Shown here: positions 22,402 through 29,736 of the stretch, one piece after another
Layout: every line of letters begins with the position of its first letter
Position numbering within the stretch: position 1 is the stretch's first letter
Source: Actinomycetota bacterium
Lineage (GTDB): Bacteria; Actinomycetota; UBA4738; HRBIN12
Length of the DNA: 48,641 nucleotides
NCBI GenBank assembly: GCA_038244455.1
Contig: JBBRTK010000002.1
Location: 1-48,641, forward strand
Direction of reading: 5' to 3'
The notes under the pieces: model-generated
Database searches by the model: none
The model's input: only the letters and a program-made list of their open reading frames with translations
Told to the model about the DNA's origin: nothing
Program-made: the position numbers and the translations under genes

Positions 22402-23655
22402 TCATCGCATGCTCGCGAGCCGTTGCAGCAGGTAGAAGAGCTTGTCTTGGACGTCGCCGTCCTTGCCGTCGGTGAGGTTGGCCATGACGCGCATCGCGAA
22501 GGCCATCACCCGCTTGTTCGGGAGTAGGTACTTGGTGGCCCGGCTCATGATGGCCGGCTTACCGATGATCTTGGCGAACCCGCGCCCGATCACGAAGTAA
22601 TCGCCGTAGCGTTCGGTCAGCGCGCGTGGATACGTCTGCACCAGGCCGGGCCTGTCCTTCACCAGCGCCTCGTGGATGAGGTCGGCGGCGGTCTCCCCCG
22701 ATTCCATGGCGTAGGCGATGCCCTCGCCGTTGAACGGGTTGACCAGGCCGCCCGCATCGCCGATGAGAACCATGCCGGGCACCGCCATCGGCTTGCGGTT
22801 CATGCTCATGGGAAGGGGTCCGGAGAGGATCTTCCCGTCGGCGTGCTCCTCGGTGATGCCCCAGTCGGTCGGCAGCATGGTCTCGAAGGCCCTGAAGAGC
22901 CGCTGCGCCGACACCTCTTTGAAGTTCTTGAACGTGTTGAGCAGACCGGCCCCCAGGTTGATCTGGCCGCCCGCCACCGGGAAGAGCCAGCCGTAGCCCG
23001 GCAGGAGCAGGTCGCCCTCCCACAGGTCGAGCCACGACTCGAACCACGGCCCCGGGTGGTAGCTGGTCGTGTAGTACCGGCGCGCGGCGATGCCCAGCGG
23101 GCGTGACTCCACTCGTTTGACGCCGGCGGGTTTCGCGAATCGGCTGGCGGCACCGTCGGCCGCGATGACGTAGCGAGCGCGTATCTCGAACGGCTCGGAA
23201 TCCTTGTCCTGCGCCGGCCGCGCGAGTGCTCCCCGTACCCAGCCGTCCTGGACGATGGGTTCGACGGCCTCGATCTGCTCCATCAGGCGAGCGCCGGCCT
23301 TCTGCGCCCGCTCGATCAGCAGCGTGTCGAACTCCTTGCGGGGCATCACCAACCCGTAGTTGGGCCAGGAACTGAGCTCCGGCCAGGGGAGATCGATCGT
23401 GGCGCTGCGTGAATGCACGCGAAGGCCCATCACCCGCTCGTAGCCCGGGTCGTCGGTGTCCAGACCCATCTTCAGCATCGAGGCGACGGCCCGGGGGGTG
23501 AGGCCATCCCCGCACACCTTTTCGCGAGGGAACGCCGACCTGTCCACGACCGTGACATCCACGCCGTGGCGCGCCAAGTGGTACGCGGCGGCAGAGCCTC
23601 CCGGCCCTCCGCCAACCACGAGCACGTCGGTCTCGATGTTCTGGCTCACGCGCAC
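22402..23655 (-). CDS. Geranylgeranyl reductase family flavoprotein (MenJ-like menaquinone/prenyl reductase)
   Basis: Has the FAD fold DVLVVGGGPGGSAAA, CGDGLTPRAV and GDAGGLVNPFNGEGI. Its stop abuts the nuoA start. The second GTG at 23649 has a better SD (TGGGGG) and may be the true start. Confidence 0.88.
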   Translation of the reverse strand: MRVSQNIETDVLVVGGGPGGSAAAYHLARHGVDVTVVDRSAFPREKVCGDGLTPRAVASMLKMGLDTDDPGYERVMGLRVHSRSATIDLPWPELSSWPNYGLVMPRKEFDTLLIERAQKAGARLMEQIEAVEPIVQDGWVRGALARPAQDKDSEPFEIRARYVIAADGAASRFAKPAGVKRVESRPLGIAARRYYTTSYHPGPWFESWLDLWEGDLLLPGYGWLFPVAGGQINLGAGLLNTFKNFKEVSAQRLFRAFETMLPTDWGITEEHADGKILSGPLPMSMNRKPMAVPGMVLIGDAGGLVNPFNGEGIAYAMESGETAADLIHEALVKDRPGLVQTYPRALTERYGDYFVIGRGFAKIIGKPAIMSRATKYLLPNKRVMAFAMRVMANLTDGKDGDVQDKLFYLLQRLASMR

Positions 23656-23664
23656 CCCCAGGCG

Positions 23665-23684
23665 CTTGTGAAAACTTTCACAAG
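23665..23684. promoter_or_regulatory. Rex operator (ROP): CTTGTGAAAACTTTCACAAG, 9-bp perfect inverted arms
   Basis: Matches the TTGTGAA-N4-TTCACAA Rex consensus exactly. It lies 9-15 nt upstream of the first gene of the nuo unit, and the rex gene is present in the window. TAnnnT -10-like hexamers (TAGCCT, TAGGCT on the minus strand) lie just upstream. Confidence 0.75.
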
Positions 23685-23741
23685 TTCAGGCTACCGAACG
23701 CAGGCGTCCACTGCAGGAGGGAGCCTACGACCGGCCCCATT

Positions 23742-24191
23742 TCACGACAATCCCGCAGGTGAAGGGTTCGCCCGGTGGTCCCAGGCATCGATATCCCCCG
23801 AGCCCAGATGCAGGAACGCCAAGGCGGGAACGGTAGCGGTGAGGAGCTCGAATCCGTCATCGGCCAGGAACGTGCGGTACTTCTCGTGGAAGGCCGTCAT
23901 GGCCCCGCGCAGCTCCGGCTGCTCCACGGCGATCGGCGTAGCCGGGCCAAAGAGGCGAACGCCCGCCAGATCCGCCCACTCGCGGCCGCGGTCGATGACC
24001 ACGCTGACCCGGGGTTCCAGGAGCGCGTTCCTCCAGGTGAGGTCGCCCTGACGGGTGGCGACGTAGAGCCCCTCTTCCAGCCACACGAACCACCGGGTGG
24101 CCACATGCGGTGCCCCCTTCGCCCCCACGGTGGCGATCCTGCAGGCGGGCACATCCCTGAAGGTCTTCCGGAGCCCCTCGGTCGCGTCCAT
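23742..24191 (-). CDS. Small split-barrel protein, probably pyridoxamine 5-phosphate oxidase / F420-dependent family
   Basis: 149 aa with GC3-rich coding. The pattern ...CRIATVGAKGAPHVATRWFVW...VVIDRG... resembles PPOX-class proteins. The start is coupled to the upstream stop (TGATG). The family assignment comes from memory of the fold pattern only. Confidence 0.5.
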   Translation of the reverse strand: MDATEGLRKTFRDVPACRIATVGAKGAPHVATRWFVWLEEGLYVATRQGDLTWRNALLEPRVSVVIDRGREWADLAGVRLFGPATPIAVEQPELRGAMTAFHEKYRTFLADDGFELLTATVPALAFLHLGSGDIDAWDHRANPSPAGLS

Positions 24192-25114
24192 CAGACCCGC
24201 ACCATGCCGGCGAGCTCACGGAGGGCTGCGACCGCTACCGGATCCGAGGCGGCGGCGGTCAGCGCGGCCTCGGCGGCGGTCACCAGCTGGTCGATCGTAT
24301 CGCCGGTCGCTCCGTGGGACGAGTCGGCGTCGTACAGATCGTCCCGCAGCTGGAACGCCTCGCCGAGCGGTTCGCCGAACGCCACCAGGGCGTTGAGCAG
24401 ATCGCCCTCTGCCGGGCCGTCCGAGGCCAGTTCGGCGCCCATCAGGAGCGGTCCCGTCACGGTGTAGCGCCCACCCTTGAGGTTGGCCGCCAGGCGGCCG
24501 GCGCCCTGCCCGGCCCCCGCTTCGCCCGACACATCCAGGAACTGCCCAACGGCCATGTCCCGGCGGATGGCGTAGGCCCGGGCCAGGGCTCTGACCATCG
24601 ACGAAGGACCGAACCCGCTGGTCAGGAGTAGTTCGTCGGCCCAGACGGCCGCCAGGTCACCGATCAGGATGGCGGCCGAGACTCCGAACCGAACCCGGTC
24701 GCCGCCCTCGGCGTCCCGCAGGTTCGCGTGGACGGTGGCCACGTCCCGGCGCTCATCGGCCTCGTCCATGAGGTCGTCGTGGATAAGCGCGAACGTGTGG
24801 AACAGCTCCAGGGATGCCGCGGCACGCATGATCCGGCCGTCGGGAACACCGCCCGCTACGCGATAGCCCCAGTAGCCCAGCGCCGGCCGCAGCCGCTTGC
24901 CTCCGGACCGCACCAGGCGAAGGAGTTCCTCGGCCAGGGTGTCGGCCGACGGATGGAGCGCAGCCAGCTCCGCGCGCTTGTCCTCGAGGAAACCGACGAG
25001 GACGACATCCACCTGCGCGCCGAGCTCCAGCAGCGAGGGTGACACCAGCACACGATCGGCTACCACGCCGCTCAGTATCGCGGATGCGAGCGGGTCGGGT
25101 CCCGCGCGTATCAT
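24191..25114 (-). CDS. Short-chain polyprenyl (geranylgeranyl-type) diphosphate synthase
   Basis: Only the C-terminal ~307 aa of the 860-aa track ORF are real. It has GGKRLRP, FALIHDDLMDEADERRD and FQLRDDLYD. The start is uncertain: ATG 25114 or a downstream GTG. Confidence 0.85.
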   Translation of the reverse strand: MIRAGPDPLASAILSGVVADRVLVSPSLLELGAQVDVVLVGFLEDKRAELAALHPSADTLAEELLRLVRSGGKRLRPALGYWGYRVAGGVPDGRIMRAAASLELFHTFALIHDDLMDEADERRDVATVHANLRDAEGGDRVRFGVSAAILIGDLAAVWADELLLTSGFGPSSMVRALARAYAIRRDMAVGQFLDVSGEAGAGQGAGRLAANLKGGRYTVTGPLLMGAELASDGPAEGDLLNALVAFGEPLGEAFQLRDDLYDADSSHGATGDTIDQLVTAAEAALTAAASDPVAVAALRELAGMVRV

Positions 25115-26962
25115 GTGCCCGTTTCCATGCCGACCACGACCCGCTTCCAGAAGCTCACCTTGGCCACAGCCTCCGTCACCGTGGTCCTGTTCGCCGTCGG
25201 GGGGTTGGTGCGAGGGTCGGGGTCGGGGCTTGGGTGCTCCACGTGGCCGCTCTGCACGCCGGGTCACCTCTTCCCCAGCGGGAACATCCACTCTCTCATC
25301 GAGTTCTCGCATCGCTTTCTGGTGTTCTGCACCACCGTGCTGGTTGCCGTCACGGCGTTCCTGGCCCGGCGGGACCACCGAGGCGAGCCGTCGATCGTTC
25401 GGCCGGCGCTGATCGCCCTCCCGCTGGTCCTGGCGCAGGCGGTGGTCGGCGGTCTGGTGGTCAACCACGAGCTGGACCCGTGGTGGGTGACCGGGCACTT
25501 CGTGGTGGCCCTGGTGTTCGTGGCCGACGTGATCTACCTGGCCATCCGATCGTTCGCGGCGGAGCCTGCCGCCCCCGCAGAACACCCGGCGGAGGGTGGG
25601 GGCTTCGGACGCCTGGCGATGGCCATCGCCGGGGCGACCGGCGTGCTTCTGCTCGCCGGGACGTGGGTGCGAGTGAGGGATGCGACGAACGGGTTGGCGT
25701 TCACCGACTGGCCGCTCGCGAACGGCAAGCTCGTTCCCGCGCTGGGTGGGGTCGCCACGCCTACGTTCGTGCACCGGGTCCTGTCGGCGCTGGTGTCCGT
25801 GCTGGTGGTCTACGCCGTGGTCCAGGCCCGCACCATGGCGCCTCGGCAGCGGCGGTTGGTTCAGTTGACCACGCTCACGCTTCTGCTGTTCGTGGGGCAG
25901 ATCCTGGTCGGGGCCGCCCAGGTGTGGACCAAGCTGAAGCCCTGGGCCGTGGTGATCCACGTCGGCATGTCGGTACTCATCTGGGCGTGCGTGGTTGCGC
26001 TGGCCGTTCTGGCGCGAAGCGCCGGCCTCCGAGGTGCGGTTCAGGTGGACGGGCCGTCCGCCGCGGACGGAGGGACCGTGCCGCTGCGCGACACGCTCAC
26101 CGCGTACTACCGGCTGATCAAACCTCGGATCATCCTCCTCCTGCTGATCACCACGGTTCCGGCCATGATCCTTGCAGGGCACCGCGTTCCCTCTATCTGG
26201 CTCATGCTGGCCACGCTGGTGGGCGGCACCGCCGCCGCGGGCTCTGCGAACGCCATCAACATGTACCTGGACCGCGACATCGACCAGATCATGGAGCGAA
26301 CACGCTCGCGGCCGCTCCCCTCGCGCGCCGTCACACCAGACCACGCTCTGCGGTTCGGCTTCTTCCTGGGAGCGGCGTCGTTCTTCTTCCTGGCGATCAC
26401 GGTGAACACCACGGCGGCGAGTCTGGCCCTGTCGGCCATCGCGTTCTATGTGTTCGTCTACACGATGTGGCTGAAGCGCTCGACGGCGCAGAACATCGTG
26501 ATCGGGGGTGCCGCGGGCGCGGCGCCGGCGTTGATCGGATGGGCCGCGGTGACCGGCGGGCTCGCGCTGCCCGCGTGGATGCTGTTCGCCATCGTGTTCG
26601 TATGGACGCCGCCGCATTTCTGGGCGCTCGCCATGCGCTACGAGGGCGACTACGCGGCCGCGGGCGTGCCGATGCTGCCGGTGGTGCGCGGTCAGGACGA
26701 AACCCGCAAGCAGATCTTCCTCTACTCGCTCCTCCTGTTCGCCGTCACGATCGCGCTGTGGCCGCTCGGCCACATGGGAACGGTCTACCTGGTGGTGGCT
26801 GTCGGGCTCGGCGGCGTCTTCTGCTACAAGGCGCTGGTCCTGTGGCGAACACCCTCACCCGAGCGAGCCTGGAAGCTCTTCGGGTTCTCGATCGTCTACC
26901 TCGCGGCGTTGTTCGCGGCCGTAGCCGTCGATGCGGTGCTGCCGGTGGCCCCGCTCCGCTGA
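25115..26962 (+). CDS. ctaB: Fused haem A synthase (CtaA/COX15, N-terminal ~310 aa) and haem O synthase / protohaem IX farnesyltransferase (CtaB/CyoE, C-terminal ~300 aa)
   Basis: The N-terminal half has GSGLGCSTWPLC and four His-bearing TM helices (FSHRF, TGHFV, FVHRV, VIHVG). The C-terminal half has YYRLIKPRI, NMYLDRDIDQIMERTRSRPLPS and WTPPHFWALA. It is one continuous frame. The start may be ATG 25127 rather than GTG 25115. Confidence 0.9.
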   Translation: MPVSMPTTTRFQKLTLATASVTVVLFAVGGLVRGSGSGLGCSTWPLCTPGHLFPSGNIHSLIEFSHRFLVFCTTVLVAVTAFLARRDHRGEPSIVRPALIALPLVLAQAVVGGLVVNHELDPWWVTGHFVVALVFVADVIYLAIRSFAAEPAAPAEHPAEGGGFGRLAMAIAGATGVLLLAGTWVRVRDATNGLAFTDWPLANGKLVPALGGVATPTFVHRVLSALVSVLVVYAVVQARTMAPRQRRLVQLTTLTLLLFVGQILVGAAQVWTKLKPWAVVIHVGMSVLIWACVVALAVLARSAGLRGAVQVDGPSAADGGTVPLRDTLTAYYRLIKPRIILLLLITTVPAMILAGHRVPSIWLMLATLVGGTAAAGSANAINMYLDRDIDQIMERTRSRPLPSRAVTPDHALRFGFFLGAASFFFLAITVNTTAASLALSAIAFYVFVYTMWLKRSTAQNIVIGGAAGAAPALIGWAAVTGGLALPAWMLFAIVFVWTPPHFWALAMRYEGDYAAAGVPMLPVVRGQDETRKQIFLYSLLLFAVTIALWPLGHMGTVYLVVAVGLGGVFCYKALVLWRTPSPERAWKLFGFSIVYLAALFAAVAVDAVLPVAPLR

Positions 26963-26966
26963 GCCG

Positions 26967-27494
26967 CTACGAGGGCGGCGGGATCGAAGGCGACGCCAGC
27001 ACCAGGTCCAGGTAGTGCGACAGCTCCGCCTGATCGGTCTTCCCGATGAATTGATAGCGCTCCGCGCCAGAAGGGTCGACGATGATCGTGTCCGGCACGT
27101 TCGGGTACTTGAGCTGCGCAGCCGTTCGACCCGAGGGATCGGACAAGCTGGGATAGGGCACCTGGAATCGCTTGATCCACGCGCGGGCGGCGGCGTTCTG
27201 GTCTTCGTAGTTGACCCCTACGAACGCGACCCCTTTGGAGGCGTAGGCGTTCGCAACCTTCACCAGGTCCGGCTGCTCCTCCCGGCACGGGGTGCACCAG
27301 GTCGCCCAGACGTTCAGGACCAGGATCTTGCCGCGATAGGTGTTGCTCGAGAGCGTGGCGGTGCCGGTCACCGACGGTCCCGACACGGTGGGAAGCGGTT
27401 CGTTAAGCGTCACGACGTGGACCAGGTGAGTGGTACCGGTGCACCCCGCCAGAGCGAACACGAGGAAGAGCGCGAGAGCGACGGCGCGGCGCAT
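26967..27494 (-). CDS. TlpA/ResA-like thiol:disulfide oxidoreductase lipoprotein
   Basis: Has the lipobox LFLVFALAGC and the thioredoxin motif WATWCTPCREE. Confidence 0.85.
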   Translation of the reverse strand: MRRAVALALFLVFALAGCTGTTHLVHVVTLNEPLPTVSGPSVTGTATLSSNTYRGKILVLNVWATWCTPCREEQPDLVKVANAYASKGVAFVGVNYEDQNAAARAWIKRFQVPYPSLSDPSGRTAAQLKYPNVPDTIIVDPSGAERYQFIGKTDQAELSHYLDLVLASPSIPPPS

Positions 27495-27533
27495 AGGAGC
27501 TTCACGCTAGCAGCGGAAGGGCCGAAAGGCCGG

Positions 27534-28565
27534 TCACTTGACGGTGACGGTTCCTGTCATGGTGGCGGGGTGGACGTCGCAGCGGAAGTAGTACGTGCCG
27601 GCCGCGAGGGCGGGGATCTTGTACGTGCCGTTCCCGGGACCGGTTACGAGGTCTCCCTTGAAGACGTTCGTCGTGTAGGCGGCGTCCGAGTAGATGGAGA
27701 CGTTGTGAGGGATCCCCGCGTCGCTGTTGGTGAAGGTCAGGGTGACGGCCTGCCCGGCCGGCAGCGTGAGCGTGGACGCGCTGAACTGCAGGTTCTTCGC
27801 GCTGAGCGTGGCCGTGGCCCCGGAGCCGCCTCCGCCGCTCGGCGTTGAGGTCGGCGGCGGCGTTGTCGGCGTGGAACCAGACGGCGCGGCCGTGGGCGAA
27901 AGTGCCGGCGAGGAACCCGACGGCGCCGGACCGCCGCCTGCGGCAACGGTGAGCGCCCCGTGCATGGTCGCGGGGTGGACGTCGCAGCGGAAGAAGTACG
28001 TCCCCGCCGCCAATGCCTTCACGTCGACCGTGATCGTGGCCGGGCCCGCGACCGGAGAAGCCGAACCCAACAGCGCGGCCGACGGATCCTTCGCCGGGTC
28101 GGATGCGTACACGGCGACGTTGTGCGGTACGCCCGACTCCTGATTGTCGAGCGCGATCTGGATGGGCTTGCCCGTCACGGCCGCAAGCGCGGAGGGCTTG
28201 AACCCGCTCGCCGCGGCACCGGTTGGGGCGACGAGGGCCAGGATCTGCGGCTTCGCGGCTATGGCGGGCTTCGCCTCGGGGCCGATCGCCACGATGGCAA
28301 CACCACCGATGAGCATGCAGGACCCGACCACGCCGAGCGCGAGCCCGGCCAACGAACTGCTCGAGGCCTTCTTCCGGGTGGCCACGAAGCTCGCGATGGC
28401 CATGATGGCGACCGCCGCTCCAAGGGCAACCCCGGTGGCCGCGTGGTGCGACACCGACAGGAGGATGCGGGAGAACCCGAACAGCGCCAGCCCGATGACT
28501 CCCAGCGCCCCCAGCGGGATGAGGATGGGCAGCAGCAGGCTCTCGCGGTTCTTCCGTTCGCTCAT
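27534..28565 (-). CDS. Membrane-anchored tandem (double) cupredoxin, type-1 blue copper protein
   Basis: Three N-terminal TM helices are followed by two ~100-aa domains. Each carries the ligands His (PHNV) and C-x2-H-x3-M (FRCDVHPATM), and the domains are joined by a Pro/Ser/Thr/Gly linker. ATG 28565 overlaps the ctaG stop (ATGA). Confidence 0.8.
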   Translation of the reverse strand: MSERKNRESLLLPILIPLGALGVIGLALFGFSRILLSVSHHAATGVALGAAVAIMAIASFVATRKKASSSSLAGLALGVVGSCMLIGGVAIVAIGPEAKPAIAAKPQILALVAPTGAAASGFKPSALAAVTGKPIQIALDNQESGVPHNVAVYASDPAKDPSAALLGSASPVAGPATITVDVKALAAGTYFFRCDVHPATMHGALTVAAGGGPAPSGSSPALSPTAAPSGSTPTTPPPTSTPSGGGGSGATATLSAKNLQFSASTLTLPAGQAVTLTFTNSDAGIPHNVSIYSDAAYTTNVFKGDLVTGPGNGTYKIPALAAGTYYFRCDVHPATMTGTVTVK

Positions 28566-29386
28566 GAGACGTCCGCCGGGATCTTCGCGACCCGGGGCCA
28601 CGGTAGGGACGCCCCCTCCTCACGTTCCTCCCGGGCGTACCAGCGGAAGAAGACGGTAGCGATGAATCCCCAGAGGATGAGGCCACCGACGAGCTTCATG
28701 ATGAGCCCGGCGATGAGTTGGTCACGGAGCGGTCCGATCCCCCAGATGCGCGGGAACGTCGCGTAGATCGCGTAAAGCGGATGCATGCCGAACGTCAGGA
28801 ACGATGCCGGGATGGTCGGAGCCAGCGATTGGAAGAACAGGTACATCATCTGGCCGGGCGCGGCGAGCCCTGGGTACTCCGGCAGGGTCGACATCACCGG
28901 CCACCACATGATCAACGCCGAGGCCACCAGCAGCACGTGCAGCCCGAAGTGCAGCCAGTGCGACTGCACCGACGCCGTCACGATGGCGGGCCAATGCGTG
29001 AACAGCAGCACGCCGTTGAACAGCAGGAGCGCAAGCACGGGGCGGGTCATGAACCTGAAGAACGCACCGATGGCCTTCGGGCGCAGGAACCGGCGGAGCA
29101 TCCACGCGGGCACCCCGGCGATGAGCAACGGCGGCGCAACCAGCGTGAACAGCATGTGCTGGACCATGTGCATGAAGTAGAGGTAGCGCTCGGCCAGATC
29201 GTGGATCGGATAGTCGGCGCCGATCCAGAGCACGACCATGCCGGTCAGGAAGAGCTTCTTGCGCCGGGCGGGCGTGATCTCACCGGTGCCGGCCGCATGA
29301 CTGCGGCACGCGATCAGGTACGCGGCCATGATTGAACCGAAGAGGAGCCACACGTCCACGTGAGGATGCCAAGCGGGCAGCGTCAT
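28562..29386 (-). CDS. ctaG: Cytochrome c oxidase assembly factor CtaG (Bacillus caa3-type, polytopic)
   Basis: 274-aa polytopic ORF with MHMVQHMLFTLVAPPLL and the WP..S pattern typical of the caa3_CtaG family. It lies directly after ctaF. Confidence 0.8.
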   Translation of the reverse strand: MTLPAWHPHVDVWLLFGSIMAAYLIACRSHAAGTGEITPARRKKLFLTGMVVLWIGADYPIHDLAERYLYFMHMVQHMLFTLVAPPLLIAGVPAWMLRRFLRPKAIGAFFRFMTRPVLALLLFNGVLLFTHWPAIVTASVQSHWLHFGLHVLLVASALIMWWPVMSTLPEYPGLAAPGQMMYLFFQSLAPTIPASFLTFGMHPLYAIYATFPRIWGIGPLRDQLIAGLIMKLVGGLILWGFIATVFFRWYAREEREEGASLPWPRVAKIPADVS

Positions 29387-29390
29387 CCGG

Positions 29391-29735
29391 CTACCTCTGG
29401 AAGACCTTGAACGTGATGAGCACGATCAGGAACAACGTGGTTGCCCCGGCCAGGCCCATCAGGAAGAACCGCGCGAACCGCCGGTCGTCGAACTTCAGGT
29501 GCATGAAGTACAGGACGACCAAGGCGAACTTGATCGCGGCGAGCGCCAGGAGCGTGACGATGAGGGTCGCGCTGCCCAGGTTCGCGTATTTGGCGGCGAC
29601 CTCCATGCTGGTGAGGACGGCCAGGATGAGGCCGATGCGGATGTACTGCTTGACGCTGGGATGACCACCGTGGCCGTCCTGTTGGGCCGCTTCGATCTCT
29701 TGGAGTTCGGCCTGGGCGTGGTCGACGTCGGCCAT
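29391..29735 (-). CDS. ctaF: Cytochrome c oxidase subunit IV (prokaryotic COX4/CtaF type)
   Basis: 114 aa with 3 TM helices. HPSVKQYIRIGLILAVLT resembles the CtaF/CyoD/QoxD N-terminal motif. It sits between ctaE and ctaG. Confidence 0.7.
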   Translation of the reverse strand: MADVDHAQAELQEIEAAQQDGHGGHPSVKQYIRIGLILAVLTSMEVAAKYANLGSATLIVTLLALAAIKFALVVLYFMHLKFDDRRFARFFLMGLAGATTLFLIVLITFKVFQR

Positions 29736-29736
29736 G

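Noticed and set aside
24191-26773. An 860-aa minus-strand ORF, and a 658-aa plus-strand ORF (25039-27015), overlapping ctaA-ctaB.
   Set aside because: Only the last ~307 codons of the minus ORF encode a prenyl synthase; the rest is antisense to the clearly coding ctaA-ctaB frame. The 658-aa plus ORF is an Arg/Gly-rich alternative frame of the same gene.
27495-27533. The GGCCGAAAGGCC mini-palindrome between the cupredoxin and the thioredoxin genes, as a possible terminator.
   Set aside because: It has only a 4-bp stem and no following U-tract on the transcribed strand. That is too weak to call.
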